Under the pieces are notes generated by a model that was not told the DNA's origin, ran no database searches, and worked only from the letters and a program-made list of their open reading frames with translations. Made by a program: the position numbers and the translations under genes. From positions 64,001 to 128,000 of IMG/VR virus record IMGVR_UViG_3300017780_003104: 64,000 nucleotides of DNA. One strand, given 5' to 3'. Of the stretch, positions 1 through 9,565 are shown piece after piece; positions within the stretch are counted from its first letter, which is position 1; each line of letters begins with the position of its first letter. The DNA is from a virus (taxonomy: Duplodnaviria > Caudoviricetes).

Positions 1-33
1 TGGTGATCGAGACTTAGATTTTGAAGAAATGGA

Positions 34-61
34 TTGACATTCACTCCTTTTATGATATTTT
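34..61 (+). promoter_or_regulatory. Sigma70-type promoter, no box
   Basis: TTGACA-N16-TATTTT-N6-ATG68. Confidence 0.55.
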
Positions 62-67
62 ATCTAG

Positions 68-523
68 ATGAAGACGTTTGTAAAACATAATTGGGTTAAT
101 ATATTGGTCGGAGTTATCGTAGCTGGCTGTGTTTCATATGGAATTAGTGGTTACGTCCCATATGATAAATCCTTAGCTTTATCAATCCCATTAATTTTAA
201 TGGGATTGTATTTCTTCGATAATAAAACCGTAGTTACTGAAGAATCGTCTAAATTACTTGAGATTTTAGATGAAACGGTTAAGGAACAAGCCACTATATT
301 AGACGAATACGAACAAATTTTCGATTCCCAATTGGTTAAATTGCCCTGTGTGTGCGGTGGAAATACCTTCGAAGGGTTATTTTCCCCAAATACCGAAAAT
401 GTGGTTGAATGTGAAAAATGTAAAAATATGTATCGAGTAAATATCAATTATGATACGGTATTAGTATCTAAGCCTTTGGATTTAAACCAAACCTTTGAGG
501 ATCTCGTTGGAAAAACTGATTAA
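68..523 (+). CDS. Hypothetical membrane protein with C-terminal Zn-ribbon
   Basis: Two N-terminal hydrophobic segments; CVC...CEKC cysteine pairs; preceded by TTGACA-N16-TATTTT-N6-ATG. Confidence 0.7.
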   Translation: MKTFVKHNWVNILVGVIVAGCVSYGISGYVPYDKSLALSIPLILMGLYFFDNKTVVTEESSKLLEILDETVKEQATILDEYEQIFDSQLVKLPCVCGGNTFEGLFSPNTENVVECEKCKNMYRVNINYDTVLVSKPLDLNQTFEDLVGKTD

Positions 524-541
524 TTAAAACCGAGTTATAAT
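520..541 (+). promoter_or_regulatory. Box promoter
   Basis: TTAATTAAAACCGAGT-TATAAT-N8-ATG550. Confidence 0.8.
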
Positions 542-549
542 AAGACCAT

Positions 550-780
550 ATGATAACGATAGAGAAGAAAAATGGTGAAGTTGTTGAGATGACAACAGAT
601 GAATTCAGCAGATGGATGTGTTTAGCTGAAGCATTCTACTTCATTGAAGAAAAAGCAAATGAACTTAAAATAGATGTATCAGATTTATTGAAACCTTTAG
701 CCATTGATGGATATATAAAGGAACGATTTGATGCAATGCGTCATGATATTGGTTGTGAGTTGGCACTTGGTAATCTATAA
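550..780 (+). CDS. Hypothetical protein
   Basis: 76-aa ORF directly downstream of a conserved box promoter. Confidence 0.7.
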   Translation: MITIEKKNGEVVEMTTDEFSRWMCLAEAFYFIEEKANELKIDVSDLLKPLAIDGYIKERFDAMRHDIGCELALGNL

Positions 781-1607
781 ATAGATTCCAATTCTAAATC
801 GATTGAACTTATGTAATCTTGTGTGATTACTGATTTAAACTCATTTAATAATTGGGTTTTATCTAAACCAAGCTCAGTAAACCCAATATAAAAGTTTCTA
901 AATCTTTCTTTTAAATTATTTGGATAAGTTGTACCATTCGGTCTTTCGAATTTATGCATCCATCGTAAAAATGGTAAGCATATTACTTTCTTACCATTTT
1001 TTCTATATTTTTCGTGGATATAGCCTTCCTCACCACCGAATCCTGTAAAATTCTTGTTGAAACCCAGCCAAGAATCAGTTCTACACGAAAAAAGACCCAT
1101 TCCTTGTGCTGGAATCTCAAATGGGGAGTCATCTATATTCATGCCCTTACCATCACTAGCCCATTTCCCCCACATATAACTCCCCCAATGACTTAAATCA
1201 AAATAAGTGCTGACGGTCTTATTATCATCGTATAATAATGGACCATGTAATAGATTTCCATCATCTTCACCAGATTCATAGTAATCTATTAATTTTTTCA
1301 AAGATCCCGGTTCAAGTAAAACGTGGGAATCGATACACATTGTATATGGAGTGTCTGATAATGCAAAAACTTTACCTTTTAGCATACTTGACTGGTAATT
1401 AACAAATGGAAGATACTGAATTGGCTCAGTTACCCAATTTAAAAGTTTTTTAACGGATTCGCCATGTTTACCAGTTGGATTATTATCAACTATTACAAAT
1501 TCGATATCATCCAACACTTCTTTATGATACATTCTAATCGATTGAATTGTAAAATAAAGTCCGTCAAAGTCATCGTGGGTTGCCACACCAATAGTAAGCT
1601 TTCTCAT
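741..1607 (-). CDS. Glycosyltransferase family 2 (GT-A fold)
   Basis: N-terminal LTIGVAT..D, FVIVDNN, DxH/DxD-like CIDSH, GMGLFS and GFGGEE motifs; TAAATA-N6-ATG upstream. Confidence 0.85.
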   Translation of the reverse strand: MRKLTIGVATHDDFDGLYFTIQSIRMYHKEVLDDIEFVIVDNNPTGKHGESVKKLLNWVTEPIQYLPFVNYQSSMLKGKVFALSDTPYTMCIDSHVLLEPGSLKKLIDYYESGEDDGNLLHGPLLYDDNKTVSTYFDLSHWGSYMWGKWASDGKGMNIDDSPFEIPAQGMGLFSCRTDSWLGFNKNFTGFGGEEGYIHEKYRKNGKKVICLPFLRWMHKFERPNGTTYPNNLKERFRNFYIGFTELGLDKTQLLNEFKSVITQDYISSIDLELESIYRLPSANSQPIS

Positions 1608-1619
1608 TGGTGATATTTA

Positions 1620-2483
1620 TTAAAATTTTAATGTTTTACAAGAATATAAACACACTGTGGTATTTGATGTAGTAGTGACCAGTGTTGGTGGTTGTGTGGT
1701 TGTTGTTTCTGGTGGTAATGTAGTGGTTACAGTTATATTTGAGAAATTATTCCCATCTCTCTCATTAGTATTGAATATTAAAGGTGTTGGAGAATTTGGT
1801 GATATCAGAATATTAGTTACATCATAGTTAGGCGAGACTATAAGCGTAGTTGGAACGGGCCAAGCACAACAATCCCTATCATCATCAATAGTCCCCCAGC
1901 TATCTTCACCTGATAATGGTATAGATGGGGTAGTAGTAGGACTATTAGGATCTATAGTTGTTGTAGTTGTTGTAGTGGGAGCTACAGTAGTAGTTGTAGT
2001 GGGAGCTACAGTAGTAGTTGTAGTGGGAGCTACAGTAGTAGTTGTAGTGGGAGCTACAGTAGTAGTTGTAGTGGGAGCTACAGTAGTAGTTGTAGTAGTT
2101 GTGGGTGAAGGAATCTTCAATACATTCCAAAGATCTATTAGATTTTTATCAAAGTCATATACAGAACTTAATGGGATTGCTGACCCCATTCCAAATGCTC
2201 CAAATTTAGTAATACTAAATTCGAGGGGGTAACGTCCACTCCTTCTTCCATTGCTCGCCATGAAATACATATTAGCAAGTGGAGGATCGAATATTGGAAC
2301 ATATGACGAACTTAATAATATATTACCACTGAGACTTGTACTTACATTATATACATAATGAGTGTCAGAATTAACTATGCTATTAATTACACCATCACTA
2401 CTAGATAATAAAGACGAAGCTGTTTGGGACCATCCAAAAGCTGATCCAGACGAAGTAGAAGTTTTGAATATACCAAATGCCAT
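1620..2483 (-). CDS. Thr/Pro-rich (mucin-like) putative virion protein
   Basis: (VAPTTTTT)x5 tract, CC pair, second Thr tract, C-terminal CLYSCKTLKF; located in tail-appendage operon. Confidence 0.7.
   Translation of the reverse strand: MAFGIFKTSTSSGSAFGWSQTASSLLSSSDGVINSIVNSDTHYVYNVSTSLSGNILLSSSYVPIFDPPLANMYFMASNGRRSGRYPLEFSITKFGAFGMGSAIPLSSVYDFDKNLIDLWNVLKIPSPTTTTTTTVAPTTTTTVAPTTTTTVAPTTTTTVAPTTTTTVAPTTTTTTTIDPNSPTTTPSIPLSGEDSWGTIDDDRDCCAWPVPTTLIVSPNYDVTNILISPNSPTPLIFNTNERDGNNFSNITVTTTLPPETTTTQPPTLVTTTSNTTVCLYSCKTLKF
1969..2088. repeat. Perfect 24-bp tandem repeat x5 (GTTGTAGTGGGAGCTACAGTAGTA)
   Basis: Read directly; encodes VAPTTTTT on the minus strand. Confidence 0.95.
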
Positions 2484-2486
2484 TAT

Positions 2487-3614
2487 TTAATATGGTGTTT
2501 CAACAAATAGTTGAGCCGTATTTTTAAATGATAGGACTTTATTTACTGGTATATTTACTGGTGTATCGTAATTAATCACATTGATAATTGAGGTTGTAGA
2601 ACCAGAAAAATATCCAAGTATTATTTGTGATATATCACTACCTCCAACAGTAACCAGTCCATATACGTTTGTATTAGCTGTTGAATTGTTGGTAATAGTT
2701 GGTAATCTATCAGATGTAATATCTAAAGCCGTAATGGTTTCAGTTGGGATATTACTGGCAGCTACGTATATAGTTGAGCTGTAAGGAATACCTGAAATTG
2801 ACGATACTTTGTTAGCATTATTCATTAGTAATATTCTATTTGGAATATTACTAGCTGTGCTTATATCTGTGGTTAAATGGAGAAATCTTTGGAGTGTTCC
2901 ACTCCCACTTAAACCTTGTATGTAATCATCATTTGTAAAGGGTCTAGGTATTCCAATGTCAATAGTAAATGTATTTTTAAAATCACGTATAATTAGAGAA
3001 TCTCCGATACTTAAAGTAATAGCTGGGGTTAGCATGATATAAGCACTAATACTTTGAGTCGGAGCGTATACGATAGTATTAATGGTTTGTGGGACAACTA
3101 CTGGGGCAAATAATCCAGATAACGATCTAGACACTGAACTAGGTGTTGTGGTTAGTGTATTTGAGAAAACTGCTGCTTGGTAAGAACCAGTAACCTCACC
3201 ACCATTAAATGGATTAGTTCCAGTTTTATTACGTATTAATTGTGATGGAGTTGTTACACTACCAGATAGAGATATCTGAATAGTGCTTAGATTTCTAACT
3301 AATACGTAAGCTTTTTCACCTGATGGGAATTGCACATGATCCCCAACATTCATACCAGATGCGCTATTGAATATCACATTACCAGTCTGTCTATATACTG
3401 TATTACCCGATAATGTATAAGTTCCAGTCAATAATTCACTTCCGAGTTGGTTGTGGGTCCAGAAGAGAGTATTATTGATACCCATATATATTTGGCGACC
3501 TGCATTAACTGCCCAACTAGACCATATATTATGTCTTTTACCATAATCAACTATAGTTCCATCCTTTTTTAATATCGCCAAATCGATAACTGCTCCTAAT
3601 ATTGGATCTTTCAT
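2487..3614 (-). CDS. Putative tail appendage/fibre protein (paralog A)
   Basis: Beta-rich S/T/G composition; N-terminus LGAVID..KKDGTIVDYGK.HN and C-terminus VETP shared with 3652-4803; TATAAATA-N7-ATG. Confidence 0.6.
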   Translation of the reverse strand: MKDPILGAVIDLAILKKDGTIVDYGKRHNIWSSWAVNAGRQIYMGINNTLFWTHNQLGSELLTGTYTLSGNTVYRQTGNVIFNSASGMNVGDHVQFPSGEKAYVLVRNLSTIQISLSGSVTTPSQLIRNKTGTNPFNGGEVTGSYQAAVFSNTLTTTPSSVSRSLSGLFAPVVVPQTINTIVYAPTQSISAYIMLTPAITLSIGDSLIIRDFKNTFTIDIGIPRPFTNDDYIQGLSGSGTLQRFLHLTTDISTASNIPNRILLMNNANKVSSISGIPYSSTIYVAASNIPTETITALDITSDRLPTITNNSTANTNVYGLVTVGGSDISQIILGYFSGSTTSIINVINYDTPVNIPVNKVLSFKNTAQLFVETPY

Positions 3615-3651
3615 ATATTCTTATTTATAATTAATGTTTATATAGTAAACC

Positions 3652-4803
3652 TTATGGAGTTTCAACGTCCAATTTTAAAGTTGAGTAAATAGTTAAGTTT
3701 CTACTACCCGCTGCTATTGCTATTGGTGTATCATATTCGATTATACATGATATTACGGGTGGTACTGATGCATCACCGACCAATATTTGTTTAATTGGAG
3801 TTGCATCAGATGTGAATGCTCCAAATGCACTTAATAGACTGGTTGCATTATAGTCAATATCAGCTAGGTTATTTCTGGTGGTTGTGCTTATTGTATATTT
3901 CGCAGTCACACTTGGTCTATATGTGGTGGATCGCATCGCTGATAAAAATGGTACTTTATTTGCATCAGTTAGTAGATAAATTCTAGTATTGACCCCAGTA
4001 TGTCCTGTGCCAAGAGAGTATTCATCTCTATCATATGGAATGGTTCGTTGCATTTTACCAGATCCCACCAATCCAGTTATGGGTGATACCGCAAATACTC
4101 TCGGAGCGTCTACATTAAATGTTATTGAATACTGGTAGTCTGGTATCACAAGAGCATCACCCACATCCAACCTTATAGGTGGAACGATATCTATATACCC
4201 TCCATGGAAACTAGTATCATGATATGTTATTCGATATATATCATATGTCGAGAATGTCGGTGGGAATTGGGCAGATAAATTTACACTATATATTCCAGAT
4301 GTGCTTAATGAGGTATAATATGGATCAGTAGTAATTACACCTAGGTTTGTTTGCTTCACTAAAGTATTCGATGTCATATTAATTCCATATCCAACGGATT
4401 CTGTTTTGTGTAATCGAACTATCGAACTTGGTTCAGATCCAGTTACACTAATAGGACAAGATGAGAATGTTGTCGTTCCAGTAGTTTTGTAACATTTAAA
4501 ACCAGATGGGAATTCGAACAACGACCCATTGGGGATAGTTAAAAGTGATACGGGGTTGATACCATATAATATTTTGCCTGTTACATAGTAAGTTCCAGAT
4601 AATGTCGAGGAACCATACCCAAGATCATCGGTGTTATCATATGTTGAGAAGGTTCTAGGGTCAGACATGTAAAGTCTTCTCCATGTTAAACCCTTATTCA
4701 CTAATCCCCCCAATACGTTATGGTATTTTCCATAATTCACCAATGATCCATCATTTTTTATGACAGATATATCTATAACCGCTCCTAATTTCGCATTATT
4801 CAT
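3652..4803 (-). CDS. Putative tail appendage/fibre protein (paralog B)
   Basis: N-terminus LGAVID..KNDGSLVNYGK.HN, C-terminus VETP; paralog of 2487-3614. Confidence 0.6.
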   Translation of the reverse strand: MNNAKLGAVIDISVIKNDGSLVNYGKYHNVLGGLVNKGLTWRRLYMSDPRTFSTYDNTDDLGYGSSTLSGTYYVTGKILYGINPVSLLTIPNGSLFEFPSGFKCYKTTGTTTFSSCPISVTGSEPSSIVRLHKTESVGYGINMTSNTLVKQTNLGVITTDPYYTSLSTSGIYSVNLSAQFPPTFSTYDIYRITYHDTSFHGGYIDIVPPIRLDVGDALVIPDYQYSITFNVDAPRVFAVSPITGLVGSGKMQRTIPYDRDEYSLGTGHTGVNTRIYLLTDANKVPFLSAMRSTTYRPSVTAKYTISTTTRNNLADIDYNATSLLSAFGAFTSDATPIKQILVGDASVPPVISCIIEYDTPIAIAAGSRNLTIYSTLKLDVETP

Positions 4804-4810
4804 CTTATAA

Positions 4811-5389
4811 TTATGTCAATCTTCCAGCTAAGTTCCATATTGCTCCAGTATTATCACTCAAGGAATCGAATATAACATCACCCATAATACCAGATAATCC
4901 ATATACCATACCAGAAGTATCAGTCTCTGTCACATCATATGTATTCCCCATAATACCAGATAATCCATATACCATACCAGAAGTATCAGTTAATATAATA
5001 TCGGATTCGTTTTGACCAACTCCATATAATGTCCCATTTTGCGGGGATTCTAAAACTAATGAAAATACATGAGTGCTACTAACTCCCAAATAGGCTGATG
5101 AGGATTTACCACTATCAAAGTATTGAGAAGACCCATTACCCATAACATACCCACTAATACTATGAGTTGCACTATTTGGATAAGACCCACTGGTACCAGT
5201 TTTTAAACATATCGAATTTGCAGTCGCATTTCCCCAAACTGGGAACCACATAAAGTTATGTAAAGACCATCTACCAGATACTTTCTCGGCAAAAATGAAA
5301 TAATCAATGGCACTTATTTTAAATTCTGGAACCGCTGATCCCATAGCACTTTCAATTGCAGCTACATATATGAGAGTTTCGGGTTCCAT
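4811..5389 (-). CDS. Putative virion protein, lectin-like N-terminal region plus duplicated C-terminal peptide
   Basis: FPVWGNATANSICLK..GNGSSQYFDSG resembles a beta-sandwich module recalled from aquatic phage tail proteins; TDTSGMVYGLSGIMG occurs twice. Confidence 0.55.
   Translation of the reverse strand: MEPETLIYVAAIESAMGSAVPEFKISAIDYFIFAEKVSGRWSLHNFMWFPVWGNATANSICLKTGTSGSYPNSATHSISGYVMGNGSSQYFDSGKSSSAYLGVSSTHVFSLVLESPQNGTLYGVGQNESDIILTDTSGMVYGLSGIMGNTYDVTETDTSGMVYGLSGIMGDVIFDSLSDNTGAIWNLAGRLT
4881..4990. repeat. 44-bp exact direct repeat, period 66 bp
   Basis: CCCATAATACCAGATAATCCATATACCATACCAGAAGTATCAGT at 4881-4924 and 4947-4990. Confidence 0.9.
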
Positions 5390-5391
5390 TT

Positions 5392-6591
5392 TTAGAATTT
5401 AAGTTTTTCACATCCATCATCACACTTTATTATAGTGGTTGTTGTGGTTGTAGTGGTTGTAGTGGTTGTAGTTGTCGTAGTTGTCGGTGCTAATGTAGTT
5501 ATGATAGGTTTAAACTTATCAATATTTAATGGTGGGTTGGTTGATATCAACTGAGGATTAGATAACTGGGATTTTGGTAATATATATTTTGGATATTCTG
5601 TATTATATTCTGGAACTCTTTTAGAGCATGGGCATGCTATATTAGTAGGTTCTGGTGTTGTTGTTGTAGTAGTAGTAGGTTCTGGTGTTGTTGTTATTGT
5701 TGTTATTGGTGTAGGATCTACTATACAAATTTTATTAATCCAAAGATTACCTTGTGGGACGTAATGAGTTCTCTGATATAGTCCCGTATAGGTCCATATA
5801 GCACTTATATGATTATTGGTGAAAACTTCGCTTTCACCATATAGAGTTTCATTGAAGGATGGTAATACTATAATGGTTGGTGTTGGTATTGGTGCTGGGT
5901 TAACGTTTTGTAACACATAGTCATAAGATATATTTGCTAATACGAACCCCACTCCAACAGTCCTTTCAATTAATTCATCCCCATAAGAAGGGTTATATAC
6001 ATCACCTTTATATAAGCTTATTGTAGGCCCCAAACTCCTATACCAAGTTTCATCTGGTTTTGGAAATCCTCCCTCAGTGTTTTCTGGTACGAATGTAATT
6101 TCAACATAGTGTGGAGATGAGATCACTCCACTAACAGATCTTGCATAGTACAATATCGGGTAATCATCTAGTATATTGACAGTAACTGGTAATCTAACTT
6201 CAATATAATTTGGGTTAAACACCTCCCAACCCAACCCAACCCCAACAGTTTGAGTGATGGTAACATCTCCTAAATTATAAGTGTGACCAGCAGTAACATG
6301 TATTGATGGATCTGTAGGTATAAGAAATTGATACTCATTATTAATACCATCAATATTAAGTAGATCGTATGTCCCATCGGCGCAATACTTAACACCTTCC
6401 ACTGTTATCGTTGTATTCTCAATGGTATCGTCATAACCAAGTGCAACTTGGCCATCTATAGCCACAGTCATGATAGACATTTCACCATTAAGATAGCTAA
6501 TATCTGTAGATATAAATGATCGAATAACCCCATAATTACAATAATGGTAATCTTTTGGATCTGGGTATTGTATACTAGGATCTGTTGGCAT
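5392..6591 (-). CDS. Thr/Pro-rich (mucin-like) putative virion protein
   Basis: Two Thr tracts, CPC motif, C-terminal CDDGCEKLKF; N-region similar to 6595-7773 (TTITVEGVKY..DG vs TTIDVVGTKY..DG). Confidence 0.7.
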   Translation of the reverse strand: MPTDPSIQYPDPKDYHYCNYGVIRSFISTDISYLNGEMSIMTVAIDGQVALGYDDTIENTTITVEGVKYCADGTYDLLNIDGINNEYQFLIPTDPSIHVTAGHTYNLGDVTITQTVGVGLGWEVFNPNYIEVRLPVTVNILDDYPILYYARSVSGVISSPHYVEITFVPENTEGGFPKPDETWYRSLGPTISLYKGDVYNPSYGDELIERTVGVGFVLANISYDYVLQNVNPAPIPTPTIIVLPSFNETLYGESEVFTNNHISAIWTYTGLYQRTHYVPQGNLWINKICIVDPTPITTITTTPEPTTTTTTTPEPTNIACPCSKRVPEYNTEYPKYILPKSQLSNPQLISTNPPLNIDKFKPIITTLAPTTTTTTTTTTTTTTTTTIIKCDDGCEKLKF

Positions 6592-6594
6592 AAT

Positions 6595-7773
6595 TTAAAA
6601 CTTTAAAACTTTACAATTATTTAAACATTCGGTAGTTGGTATTAGGGTTGTGGTGGTTGTGGTGGTTGTAGTGGTTGTAGTTGGCTTTAGTGTAGTTGTT
6701 ACGATTATACCCGTATATATCTGTTTCTGGGGAGGATTATTTAAATTTATAATGGGTTGATCAATATATATTGAGTTATCGAATTTAAAATTTGGATTTC
6801 CAGATGGTGTCGATGGAACCTCTGGTAAACATACCTCACAAGGACCAGATGATGGGGAGGGTGTAGTAGTGGTAGTAGTGGTAGTAGTAGTAGTTGGTAT
6901 TGGGGTGGTACCAATAGGCGGAATAACATCACAATTCACCGTCATATCACCAACCGAACATGCAAATCTTGAATGATTATATATTGGTAGCCCTTGTGGT
7001 GGTTGTACATCCCATCCAAGATCACCTTCACCATATACATGAATATATATGGTGTAAGGTAAGTATACTTGCTTAGTTAAATATCCATCGGGCCTAGCTC
7101 CTTCAATGTCTACTTGATTTGTATACGGTATAGTTACCCTAACTGTTGTATTAGTGGTTTCACATGGATGTAATGATTTTAGATTAATCGATTGTAAAGT
7201 TCCTTCGGGGTCATCTAGTAAACCCCCCGAATGGCTAAAAATTACAAAAGATGATGTTCCGCCTATTGTTGGGGTTATCGTCGCTTCCTCTACTAATTCT
7301 GCCGCATAATTATTGTAAGAACTACCAAATGTTGGATTATTATTATTAATATTTCCAGATATTGTCATGACAATATACACAAGATATTCAACTCTATCGT
7401 ATTTTGCACCACCATTGAATCCTTCGCCGAATTCATCGCCAAGGTAGTACTCGTAATCATGATCCGGTAGAGGTATACTGGTTGTGGTTGGCGGATTTAG
7501 TGGTGTATTTACACCATAATCTGTTTTATATATCCAGTAGTTAAATCCTCCGTATATAAGATTAAGAGAATTTATTAATCCATCCCTTATATATTTCGTA
7601 CCTACTACATCTATCGTGGTGTCGGTATGGGGGCCATATAAGGGATCACCGGGAGCTACACATGGTTCAGATGTGAATGCTGTGATGCGCTGGTCTATTA
7701 ATGCATTATAATTTCCATCAGTTGGGTGGAGCCAACTAACTTCGGGTCTATGCACTATAAATGTCGAAGGCAT
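6595..7773 (-). CDS. Thr/Pro-rich (mucin-like) putative virion protein
   Basis: Two Thr tracts, CEVC motif, C-terminal CLNNCKVLKF. Confidence 0.7.
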   Translation of the reverse strand: MPSTFIVHRPEVSWLHPTDGNYNALIDQRITAFTSEPCVAPGDPLYGPHTDTTIDVVGTKYIRDGLINSLNLIYGGFNYWIYKTDYGVNTPLNPPTTTSIPLPDHDYEYYLGDEFGEGFNGGAKYDRVEYLVYIVMTISGNINNNNPTFGSSYNNYAAELVEEATITPTIGGTSSFVIFSHSGGLLDDPEGTLQSINLKSLHPCETTNTTVRVTIPYTNQVDIEGARPDGYLTKQVYLPYTIYIHVYGEGDLGWDVQPPQGLPIYNHSRFACSVGDMTVNCDVIPPIGTTPIPTTTTTTTTTTTPSPSSGPCEVCLPEVPSTPSGNPNFKFDNSIYIDQPIINLNNPPQKQIYTGIIVTTTLKPTTTTTTTTTTTTLIPTTECLNNCKVLKF

Positions 7774-8472
7774 TTACACTGGATTTGCTGTTATACCAGA
7801 TATTGTGGTATATTGATTAATTATATACGAACTTAGCGGTATATATGGAATCGTCTCATACGTTGGGGCTATTATACCTCCTTGAGCATGGAAATCTTTA
7901 ACGAACATAGTCGATGGAGTTACAACAGTATTAATCGGGGAGCAGAATGTGAATCCGGGGTGAAGTGGAAGACTTAAATTTGGCGAAGTTAACGCCACAC
8001 TGGTCAATGTTATATAATTGGATGTTCCAACCCTATAATCGACAGATATTTTCTTTCCACCATTAGTATATCTAAATCTGAGAGTCTGGAATGTTTTATC
8101 TGGTTGTGTTAATATAAAATCTTTAGATAATGATGATAGAGACTCATTTAAAATGACTTCATTGCTAGAATTTCTTATAATTAAGGCATTTTGCTTAATT
8201 GCACTTAGAGCAACACCCGGATGCGGACCTATTGGTAGAGCAAACCTGCCAGTTGTATCAAAAGCAACTGCAAATATACCATTTGGCACGTTTGTATTAC
8301 TATAATAACCTAGTGAATCACCCCCAACGCACGATAATGCGGTGTTACTTAGACTTAAAAATGATGTAAATCCATGTTCCTCACCAGATAATGAGAATGT
8401 GAAACTCCATGCTATATCCCAATGTGGATTATAGTCGTATTTACTGTCTAAAAATCCATATAATTTATCCAT
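7774..8472 (-). CDS. L-type (legume/ConA-like) lectin domain protein
   Basis: HGFTSFL and FAVAFDTTG match the DG-F-F and AVEFDT motifs of legume-lectin folds. Confidence 0.6.
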   Translation of the reverse strand: MDKLYGFLDSKYDYNPHWDIAWSFTFSLSGEEHGFTSFLSLSNTALSCVGGDSLGYYSNTNVPNGIFAVAFDTTGRFALPIGPHPGVALSAIKQNALIIRNSSNEVILNESLSSLSKDFILTQPDKTFQTLRFRYTNGGKKISVDYRVGTSNYITLTSVALTSPNLSLPLHPGFTFCSPINTVVTPSTMFVKDFHAQGGIIAPTYETIPYIPLSSYIINQYTTISGITANPV

Positions 8473-8473
8473 T

Positions 8474-9559
8474 TTAGAAATCTATGGTTAGGCATATATT
8501 AGCATTTTTAGTCACACCAGAAGAATTTATAACTTTAATTTCACATGATGATAGATCTGTTGCCGTCACTCTGGCCGAACAATCCAAGGCATCAGAACCA
8601 ACTATAGTAGCCATTGGGATATAATTAGTAGTTATAGGGAGGAATGTGACTTTATAATGACCAGTGGCTAGTGTTGAGTAACTTATAACATGTCTACTAA
8701 ATACACCACCTCCAGATAATGCATTATACTTAAATAAAAGTTTACTACTACGAATGGTTACATTATTAGTTAATGTTGAGATTTCTGTCCCAGTTGATGT
8801 TAATCCGTTAACCAATGAATATAATCCATGTTCGATAGTGACAGTTTTATCTGATACGAGACTTGCAGGAATATTACCCAAAGCAATCTTCCCATTTTGG
8901 ATATATAACGGTGATGATAGAGCATCTTGGGATATACTATAAGAAGATAATGGATTTAGTGCTATTTTTCCACCAATAACTGATAGGGGTGAGGTTACTG
9001 CGCTATTCGATATATAACCAGCAGGAATACTACCCAATACTATCTTACCATTTTGGATATATAAAGGTGCTGAAAGGGCATCTTGTGATATGCTATAAGC
9101 CGATAATGGATTTAGTGCTATTCTTCCACCACTAACTGATAGGGGTGAGGTTAATAAATCCTGAGATATTGAATTGGCTGATAATGGATTTAAAACTATA
9201 GAATTAGCTGATGATATGGATATGAAACGAGAACCACTATATGATCCCCCAATTGATTTCCAATCACTGATAGTTGCACCATTATTAGCCGATAAAACAT
9301 ATAATGTATTATGTTGAGATGAAAATCCAAAGTCTCCAATAATTGCGGGTTGGATCGCAGAATCCGTTATCAATGGTGATATACCTTTGAACTTATTTCC
9401 TGCGATAACACCACCAACGGTGTAACCATTACCCACAAATAATCGTTCTTGATCTGTTGTAAACCCTAATTCCCCCGAATCTAGGGTAATTTGAGTTCGA
9501 TCAAAATTCGAACCTTGACGAACCTTTAATTTAATAATTGAATTGTTTAAAATTTCCAT
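8474..9559 (-). CDS. Tail fibre protein with Mtd_N/hyaluronidase-N-like domain
   Basis: IKLKVRQG...LDSGELGFTTDQERLFVGNG..GG; internal repeats of about 26/52 aa. Confidence 0.7.
   Translation of the reverse strand: MEILNNSIIKLKVRQGSNFDRTQITLDSGELGFTTDQERLFVGNGYTVGGVIAGNKFKGISPLITDSAIQPAIIGDFGFSSQHNTLYVLSANNGATISDWKSIGGSYSGSRFISISSANSIVLNPLSANSISQDLLTSPLSVSGGRIALNPLSAYSISQDALSAPLYIQNGKIVLGSIPAGYISNSAVTSPLSVIGGKIALNPLSSYSISQDALSSPLYIQNGKIALGNIPASLVSDKTVTIEHGLYSLVNGLTSTGTEISTLTNNVTIRSSKLLFKYNALSGGGVFSRHVISYSTLATGHYKVTFLPITTNYIPMATIVGSDALDCSARVTATDLSSCEIKVINSSGVTKNANICLTIDF
8850..9195. repeat. Degenerate internal repeat, period 156 bp (boundaries approximate)
   Basis: GATAATGGATTTAGTGCTAT(T/C)TTCCACCA starts at 8946 and 9102. 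Confidence 0.75.
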
Positions 9560-9565
9560 AATATA

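Noticed and set aside
1969-2088. Possible CRISPR array
   Set aside because: Repeats are contiguous with no spacers and are in-frame coding; no cas genes.
1945-2232. Antisense and alternative-frame ORFs over the Thr repeats (and similar short shadow ORFs throughout the track)
   Set aside because: They are by-products of repeats or low stop density opposite real genes, and lack promoter or coupling signals.
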